NCBI RefSeq assembly: GCF_004010195.1
Contig: NC_057752.1
Span: 4,093,286-4,150,276, forward strand
DNA: 56,991 nucleotides
Origin: Chiloscyllium plagiosum
Lineage: Eukaryota
Direction: 5' to 3'
The stretch's first letter is position 1; each line of letters begins with the position of its first letter. This document shows, piece by piece, positions 49,199 through 56,991 of the stretch. The position numbers and the translations under genes were made by a program. Below the pieces are notes generated by a model that was given only the letters and a program-made list of their open reading frames with translations, ran no database searches and was not told where the DNA came from.

Positions 49199-49721
49199 CC
49201 CACAGCACTACACACACAGACAGACACGCACACACAGACACTCGTACACACAGATATTCCTACAGACACACACACACACACACTCCTACAGACCCATACA
49301 CTCTCACAGATCCTCTCTCATTCACAAGCTCTCTCTCATATGCTCACACATACACTCCCACACTCACAAACACACATATGTTTACACATACACTCCTACA
49401 CTCATACGCACCCTCTCACAGACTTATATCTCTTCACACTCACACACATACGCACACTCTCTCACAGACACTCATAACCCCCTCCACACCACACCATCAC
49501 CCCACCCCACCCCACACACACTTATAAGTTTGTGAGGTGAATTTGTACTTGCAAAATTACATTTTATTTTGCTCAAAAACTGCATAAATCCATGTAAGAT
49601 TCTGTAAATCCGTTATTTAGAACAGAATCAGTCTGAACATTATGACACAGGCAGTCTCACACAGGGCACCTCACATTACAGGTATCTGGGCCAACATGAC
49701 ACCACTTCTTCAAGTTCACTT

Positions 49722-50036
49722 AGATTAGATGCCCTACAGTGGGGAAACAGGCCCTTCGGCCCAACAAGTCCACACCGAACCTCCAAAGAGTAACCCACCA
49801 AGACCCATTTCCCTTAGACTAATGCATCTAACACTATGGGGCAATTTAGCAAGGCCAATCCACCTGACCTGCACATCCTTGGATTGTGGGAGGAAACCGG
49901 AGCACCCAGAGGAAACCCACGCAGACACAGGGAGAATGTGCAAACTCCACACAGACAGTCACACAAGGCTGGAATCGAACCCGGGTCCCTGGCGCTGTGA
50001 GGCTGGGGTGCTAACCACAGAGCCACCATGCCAGCC
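49722..50036 (-). mobile_element. HE1 V-SINE inserted in the PLE 3' UTR
   Basis: Full head, V-domain and tail on the minus strand; PLE UTR ...aagttcactt | aaagaaaatgtaac resumes afterwards (compare 15450-15475). Confidence 0.9.
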
Positions 50037-50574
50037 AAAGAAAATGTAACTTTAAAAAAGTTCTGCGATTTACATATGAAAGAACTGAAGCCAACATCTT
50101 CATTCTAAAAGATAAGAGACTTAACAAGCGATCCAGGTCTATTTTTAATATATAATTATAGTTACATCACACTGTAAACTTTTGCCATGAATTCTGTGTC
50201 TTACAATCTTATACTCCACAACCACCTGATGAAGGAACAGCGGTCCAAAAGCTAGTGCTTCCAAATAAACCTGTTGGATGAGAACCTGGTGTTGTGTGAT
50301 TTTAACTTTTGAATTGTATTGATTAGCTAACAGATGCCAAACGATGGTCTTGGTATGGGGAATGAGAAGAAAATAATTGCGTTAATGCTGCACATGAGGA
50401 GGACACTTGATCCATTGTTCCTGTGCTTGCTCTTTAGCAGAGCTAGCTAATTAATCCCACTCCCCTGTTCATTCCCTGAAGTCCAGCAAATGTTTTACTG
50501 CATGCTTTTCCACAATGGTGAAAGTATTTTCTTGAAACAATAGTCAGAGAGTTTTACAATCAAGCACCAGTCTT

Positions 50575-51175
50575 GGCACAGTAGGTAGCACAGTCTTGTC
50601 TGAGCCAGTAGGTTTTGACTTCAAGCTCCACTCAAGGAACATGAGCACATAATCAAAACTGACACTTGGTGTGATACTGAGTGCTATGTAGTATCGTTGG
50701 CATGTGTGATGCTGGGACAGAGTCACTTTAAAAGGTGAGTCACGTGACTACTGGTGCATCATCAGACTAGTTCATGGGCTTGTTCAGACTTACTTTGTGA
50801 TTTTACATCTACAGAATAAAACCTCCCTGTTGGATTGCAGCAAATTATGAGTTTGTGTGTTCTTTAGTTCTGTTTGGAGCCTAGTAACTGCCCAGTACAG
50901 AATACTGAAGGAGTGTTCCACTGTCGAAGGTACTCTTTCAGACAATACAGCAAATTCATGTCGAGTTGTAAGAATCTCATGGCACCAGGTTAAAGAAGAG
51001 GACGGGTGTTCTCCCTATGCCCTGGCCAATATTAATAGTTCAATCAACAATGTCTGCAAGATGTTACTGTGTACAATTTGGCTACTGTGTTTTCCTATAT
51101 AATTTCATAAGTATTTCTTTGGCTGTGAAAATATTTAGCGTGTTTTAAGACCATAACAGGTGTTTTATAAATACG
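50575..51175 (+). mobile_element. DeuSINE, old, with internal insertion
   Basis: Head ggcacagtaggtagcac..ttcaagctccactc, tactgaaggagtg, cctggccaatatt, ttggctgtgaaa. Confidence 0.55.
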
Positions 51176-52214
51176 TCATATATTAACACGTGGGAATTTG
51201 GATTTTAAGTAGAAATAAAATAGATTTTGGTTTCAGTTCTATGAAGGTAAACAAATGATCAGAGGCTACGAGTAGTTTGAGTTGAGTTCAGAAGAATCGG
51301 GTTTCAGTTCAGAAAAACAATTTGTCATATCAGAATGGTAGTTTCTCAGTTTTGTAGAACCTCTAAGTTGTGAACATTTGTAAAAGTCTCCTGGCTGTCA
51401 GAGTTGGAAAGATGTCTCTCAAGTATCAAAACCGGAAAAAGTCAGTTAAAGAAAAAAGTAGAGTTAAGATAGGAGTGGGTCTGTTTCCATGCCACTGTGA
51501 TTAAATATCTGTAAAGGATATTGTTGGGGAAATGTTGAATCTTTTGTTAAGATCTTTCTAAATTATCATGTGGAACTCTGTGTTTTTCTTTTATGTGGTA
51601 AACTTGTGTTATTTTGTTAAACAACGTTGGGAGCTCTGTATTAATGCATTCAGAGACTTAACACCTATGATATCAGGTTTCACTTTGGAATTTTACTTGT
51701 CCTGTATTACCATCTTGGGATCATAACAACAGGGGCCATATTTTATCTTGAGCATTTAGAACCGAATATTGGGCATTGAAAATGACTAGCAAGCAATCCA
51801 ATACTACCTTGATTAAACTACCATACCAGACACATATCTGGCTCTCATTTTTTATTTCATTTTAAGTATACTGCATTACATCTGAAAGCTCTTGACATTG
51901 ACACTGGATAAATAACTCTTATCCATAAGAAAGCCTGCTCCTAACATTAATCTTTTGAAGCTGCTGAACTGTATTCATGAAAGATCCTTTAAAAAGCCTC
52001 AGGCAACTTCCATCACCAAACACAGACTATAGTCATAGATGTATCTGGCCTTCAGACTAGAAAGGAATTCTATTCATTATCTCATCCAGTCAGTGGTATA
52101 AAAGGTTCAGCCACTCCCTAGGTAAGAATTTTTACAAATTCACTTCTGGCGTTTGTGACACATATTTATAGTCCTGAACTGACATTTTCAATGAGTTACT
52201 TTCTCTCATCCCTC

Positions 52215-52410
52215 CTGAGTTCACTGATTCTTAACTGATACCCTTTAGAGAGTGAATCCTACCATCCCTTCCCTAGTCTGGCCTAGCATATGCATGACTC
52301 CAGTTCCCACACCTTTGTGGTGTACGCTTATATGCTCTCTGAAGTTATGTCATCCTTCTTCAGTCAGGGCAACCAGGGATGGGCAATAACTGCTTGTCTC
52401 GCTCAATGCC
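52215..52410 (+). mobile_element. Short internally deleted relative of the tRNA-headed LINE
   Basis: cctttagagag..ccatccctt..gtctggccta..tgactccag joined to the LINE tail gggcaaccagggatgggcaataa. Confidence 0.55.
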
Positions 52411-52902
52411 GTCCGCAAGAAAACATATGAGCAGTTCCGCCCACAGTACTCTGCCAACCTGGCCCTTTTACATGTAGAAGTCAATTTGACTGAGTGTTTT
52501 ACAGCCGAGCATGATCTGACCCTTCAACTGGAGAAGGATTCTTTCTGCGCTCCAGCTGAACTGGAAACCTACTTCTAAAGAATGCAATTACAATTCACTA
52601 TACTGAAGAATTCTTCACTCCCTGGTATTAATGCAAATGAACATACCTAGAGACTATTTGAGAATGACAGGAATGGGAACCTTGATTCCTTATTACCTCC
52701 CTTGACGAGGTTCGTGGTCCAAGAAGGTTGTGCCTAGCAATGATGCTCTGAATGCCATCCAAATTGAGTTGGGTAAACTTGGCAGTGCCTGAAGAGCAAA
52801 TCTGAGAACTTTCAGCTCTGTTTTGCACATCAGGCAACAAATGCCTGTGCACTCTTACTTTTTTTGTGTCCATGTACTATAAATAGTATTATGCACTATA
52901 TA

Positions 52903-53290
52903 AAGGAAAGACTTGCTTTTAAATAACTCCTTTCACAACCAGCAGGTATCTCAAGCCACTTTATAGCCAATCAAGTACTGTTGAAGTAGTCACTGTTGTA
53001 ATGTAGGAAACAATCTTCACAAACAAGTTTCCACAAACAGCAATGTTACAATGACCAGATAATTTGATTTTGTGATGTTAAACGACAGATAAATATTGGT
53101 CAGGACAACAGGGAAACCTCTTAGTTCTTCTCGGTACCATAGAGTCTTTTACATCCAACCAAACAGCATTGGTTTAAGGTCTCATTTGGAAGATAGCACT
53201 TCCAACAGTGCAGCACCCCCTCAATGTTATACTGGAGTTTTGGCCAATTTGAAGGCTCGGAGACAAGAGTGCTATCAACTGAGCTACAAG
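52903..53290 (-). mobile_element. DeuSINE
   Basis: aaagacttgc..tttatagccaatcaagtac..gtcactgttgtaatgtaggaaac..aatattggtcaggac..ggtttaaggtctcatttgga. Confidence 0.75.
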
Positions 53291-53694
53291 TTAACATAAA
53301 TGCAAGATACTGAATATGAGATGTGTCATGTGTGTGTTGTGTGTATGTGGTCATGCCACTTGTGCATAGAACATATTGATTACAGAAAGATCAGGCTTGC
53401 AAAACAATATAGTTATGTTCTTACCTTTGCAATTCAACATTATTTTAATGTCTATAAAAGTATCTAACTGTTGATATTCTATATTTCTGCTATGGGACAT
53501 TCTAGGGTTGTGGTCAGGAAGATTGTGAAGTAGCCTCTGTGAATCTGTGTAGGTTACCTGCATATGATACATGGCCTCATAGATATGCAGAATGGTTTAT
53601 CTTTCAAGAGTTAGTCACAAAGTGCTGGCAATTGATATTGTTCACATGTCAATAATATTTCTGAGGATTGGGTAGATTTATTCCGTTATATCAG

Positions 53695-53922
53695 CTATAG
53701 GGAGAGCCTGAATAGGCTGGGGCTGTTTTCACTGGAGTGTCAGAGGTTGAGGGGTGACCTTATAGAGGTTTATAAAATCATGAGGGGCATAGATAGGATA
53801 AACAGACAAGGTCTTTTCCCTGGAGTGGGGGAGTTGAGAACTCGAGGGCATAGTTTTAGGGTGAGAGGGGAAAGATATAAAAGGGACCTAAGCGGCAACT
53901 TTTCATGCAGAGGGTGGTATGC
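53695..53922 (+). mobile_element. HER1/CR1 fragment
   Basis: RGDLIEVYKIMRGIDRINRQGLFPGVGELRTRGHSF. Confidence 0.9.
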
Positions 53923-55715
53923 ACTTTTGTCTTCAGATTTTTAGTTGTCTTTTTGAACTAGCTTTTGCAAGGATATTGCAAACCTGAGTATCACTGCTTA
54001 ATGGTAAGCATTGTACTCTTTCTAACTAAAGCCAAATCTGGTAACTTGTTGGACAAGTACCTGTTAGGTCTGGATTCTTAGGGTGAACTCTTGGATTTTA
54101 CATAACATTGAATATGCCACCTTAGATTTGTTACTACCCATATGTCTACAGTGCAAATATAAGTGTCTTAGTAAAAACCCTAATGTGGAGCAGGGTGAGA
54201 TTTGGTACTCGTAGGGCTTCAGTGTAGGAGGGTATAAAACAGTGAAACTGATCCTTTCGAAAAGGTGCCAGATAAATCAATCAATTGGAATTTAGATTCT
54301 GAATCAGTTCTGGTCAGAGCATGTACTAAACACTCTGCCAGATTTTCAGTTCCTGTACAAATTCATCAAAAGAATTTTTTACTCCGTATCTATAAATTAG
54401 TTTACTGTTCAGTACAAGGAATTTTGTGCCTGACAAGCTCTAACTGGTTGGAAAGGCAGTAAATATTGAACTGCTTCAAAGAAGTAGTTTGAATTTTTGT
54501 GGTGAACTATATCCATGGTTGCTGCAGACATCTCGTGGTAGCAGATGAGGATTTTCAACACATTCTTATTAGCTAGTTAAGCTACATAGTTTGCATTGAT
54601 GTGTTAGTGATTTCAGCTTTATATTGATGCAAATGGTGCAATGTAATTTGGGAGTGAAATTGCCCAAGATACAACAGTGGGGAAACCTATTCTGAGGTAA
54701 CCTCTCACTGCTGATGCTTTGCAAACCCCTGCGTATCAAGTCCCTGCCAGGTCAAAATACAAAGTTTATGATAACATTTGTACTTATCAAATGATTTGTG
54801 AAGTGTTTCAAAGCACTTTACACAATGAATTATGTCTGATGTGAAAACTATTCTGCACCACACCATGCAACTTAGGAGTTAACTTATTGAGCCTATTTTT
54901 ATTTATAGAAATGTTCGAGAACGTGCACTGTTCCATTTCAAGTAATATTTGAGTTCCTTTAACATCCAGTGCACCACCAAAGCAGGGAGATGATGTCTCT
55001 GCTTAACGTCTTATCTCAAAGCTGCAGCTCCAACAATGCAGCATTTTCTCAAAGCTGCACTGCAGAGTCAGTATACATTCGGGGTTCAGTCATGTTATTT
55101 GAGTGCAGTGGCACAAAGTACCTGTACTGAGCATTGTGGATTGTATACCATAATGAAAGAGATGCCCGCTGACACAATTCTGAGACATGACAAGGTGGGT
55201 ATATGTGCAAATCAGAGAAAGGATGGGGTGGGAGAGTGGAGATACACAGCTGCTCTTACAGAGATGCTATATATCCTTAATGTTTTTCCAGAAGAGAAAT
55301 ACATAGAGCAAGTCACTGAACTTAAACTGTACTTCAATGATACAACAAAATACTGCTACAGTTCTTAGAGAGAATGAGAATCTTTTAATTGGAGTCCTGC
55401 AGTCAATCCATTATTTGCAATGTGCAATTAAATTTGCATGTGTAGAGTATTGGTGATCTTCCATTTACATTAAATGCTTGTTTGGGAAATATTTACATGA
55501 GGTAAAATCACCATATTCCTGCTCTCTCATTAGAGAAAGACAACTAGCAGTGCTTTAACCAAAGGGTCACTACATCTCAGGCGAAGGGTCAGGTTGAGGA
55601 GGTAGAACCTTCATGGTAACCCCAGCCAGAATTGGAATTGAAGCCACACAGTTGCTATCACTCTGCGTCGCAAACCAACTGTCTGGCAAACTAAGCTAAA
55701 CAACCCTAATAATGT

Positions 55716-55965
55716 GAAAGCAGAAATTGCTAGAGAAACTTAGCAGGTCTTGCAGAATCTGTGGAGAGAAAACAGAGTCAATGTTTCAGGTCCAGTGATC
55801 CTTCATCGGAACACATCAGATAAAAATGCATTTTGATGAAGGGTCACTGGACCCAAAAACATTGACTCTGCTTTCATCCTCACAGATGCTGCCAGATCTG
55901 CTAGCCTCTCTAACAATATCTGTTCCTTTTTCAGATTTCCAGCACCTCCAGTTCTTGGTTTTATG
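55716..55965. mobile_element. Palindromic mini-PLE, family C (older)
   Basis: cagagtcaatgtttcaggtccagtgatccttcatc / tgatgaagggtcactggacccaaaaacattgactctg arms with degenerate hammerhead cores (stem II GGGTC-ACTG-GACCC). Confidence 0.75.
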
Positions 55966-56100
55966 CCCATGAGGTAATACTGCCATATTGTACAAGGTCA
56001 GCACTTTTGACATAAGTCAGAAAAAAGAAAAACACAGCACTTTTGTATGCTTATTCTCCCTAGTCCACTGGTTGAGCTTATTGTCTAAATTCAATAGTTA

Positions 56101-56312
56101 GAGTGTGGTGCTGGAAAAGCACAGCCGGTCAGGCAGCATCCGAGGAGCAGGAAAATCGACGTTTCAAGCATAAGTTCTTCACCCTCTTCCTGATGAAGAG
56201 CTTATGCTCGAAACATCAATTCTCCTGCTCCTTGGATGCTGCCTGACTGCCTGTGCTTTTCCAGCACCACATTCTCATCTCTGATCTCCAGCATATGCAT
56301 ACCCCACTTTTC
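56101..56312. mobile_element. Palindromic mini-PLE, family B
   Basis: Inverted arms; TSD ctaaattcaatagtta (56085-56100) / ctaaattcaactgtta (56313-56328). Confidence 0.88.
56187..56220 (+). ncRNA. Minimal hammerhead motif with compensatory stem II
   Basis: CTGATGA-A-GAGC-TTAT-GCTC-GAAAC-ATC. Confidence 0.65.
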
Positions 56313-56365
56313 CTAAATTCAACTGTTACCCTGCTTCTTCTTGTTGAACACCTGTCATTATTAAA

Positions 56366-56706
56366 ATAGAATCCCCCTACATTTGGAAACAGGCCATTTG
56401 GCCCAACAAGTCCACACCGACCTTCCGAAGAGCATCTCACCCAGACCCATTCCCCTATCTTATTACTCTACATTTCCCCTGACTTATGCACCTAACCTAC
56501 AAATCCCTGAACATTATGGGCGATTTACCATGGCCAATTCACCTAACCTGCACATCTTTGGACTATGGGAGGAAACCGGAGCACCCAGAGGAAACCCACG
56601 CAGACACAGGGAGAATGTGCAAACTCCACACAGACAGTCACCCGAGGCTGGAATCGAACCCAGGTCCCGAGCACTGTGACACAGCAGTGTTAACCACTGA
56701 GCCCCC
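56366..56706 (-). mobile_element. HE1 V-SINE, head abutted by a PLE
   Basis: V-domain and tail on the minus strand; ends at ..ttaaccactgagcc. Confidence 0.88.
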
Positions 56707-56991
56707 CACCACCAAACCATCATCTCCCAGACCGTCCATAACCTCATCACCTCGGGGGATCTCCCATCCACCGTCTCCAACCTCATAGTCCCACAACCCC
56801 GCACCGCCCGCTTCTACCTCCTGCCCAAAATCCACAAACCTGACTGCCCCGGCCGACCCATTGTCTCCGCCTGCTCCTGCCCCACCGAACTCATCCCTGC
56901 ATACCTCGACATGGCCCTGTCCCCCTTAGACCAAGAACTCCCCATCTACGATCCGGACACCACCCACGCCCTCCACCTCCTCCATGATTTT
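56707..56991 (+). mobile_element. Penelope-like RT, N-terminal part, open to the window edge
   Basis: HHQTIISQTVHNLITSGDLP..PRTARFYLLPKIHKPDCPGRPIVSACSCPTELI..DTTHALHLLHDF; no stop in 95 codons. Confidence 0.92.

Larger units (their letters stand above)
48115..50309 (+). mobile_element. Penelope-like element with inverted terminal arms (family A)
   Basis: 48115-48885 mirrors ~49200-50309; central GIY-YIG remnant; 15-bp TSD tgaattgtattgatt (48100-48114, 50310-50324). Confidence 0.9.

Noticed and set aside
48577..49535. His/Thr-rich ORFs
   Set aside because: Translations of the CA/TG-rich PLE UTR.
55036..55368. 110-aa ORF
   Set aside because: Starts in a decayed DeuSINE-like stretch; no recognisable domain or splice support.

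Overview
Eukaryotic, repeat-dominated, apparently non-coding window. HE1-type V-SINEs, HER1/CR1 LINEs and DeuSINEs point to an elasmobranch (shark) genome. No host protein-coding gene could be called with confidence; the long ORFs come from N-gaps, tandem repeats or decayed retroelements. Content: many CR1/HER1 and L2 fragments, HE1 and Deu-domain SINEs, two long CR1/L2-superfamily LINE copies that begin with a tRNA-like head (plus short internally deleted relatives), a Tx1/L1 3' end, a Gmr1-like gypsy remnant, a ~4 kb 31-bp minisatellite and three assembly gaps. The standout is a dense set of Penelope-like element (PLE) derivatives from at least three families. Most are 160-250 bp palindromes flanked by 11-16 bp target-site duplications (TSDs) and carry minimal hammerhead-ribozyme cores (CUGANGA-A-stem II-GAAA plus a palindromic AGCU/ACGU stem III) with co-varying stem II. 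There is also a 2.2 kb inverted-end PLE with a GIY-YIG remnant and a PLE whose 5' end is a ~15x 33-bp stutter of RT sequence. All calls were made by eye; family names are from recall of consensus motifs, not database searches, and boundaries of old repeats are approximate.
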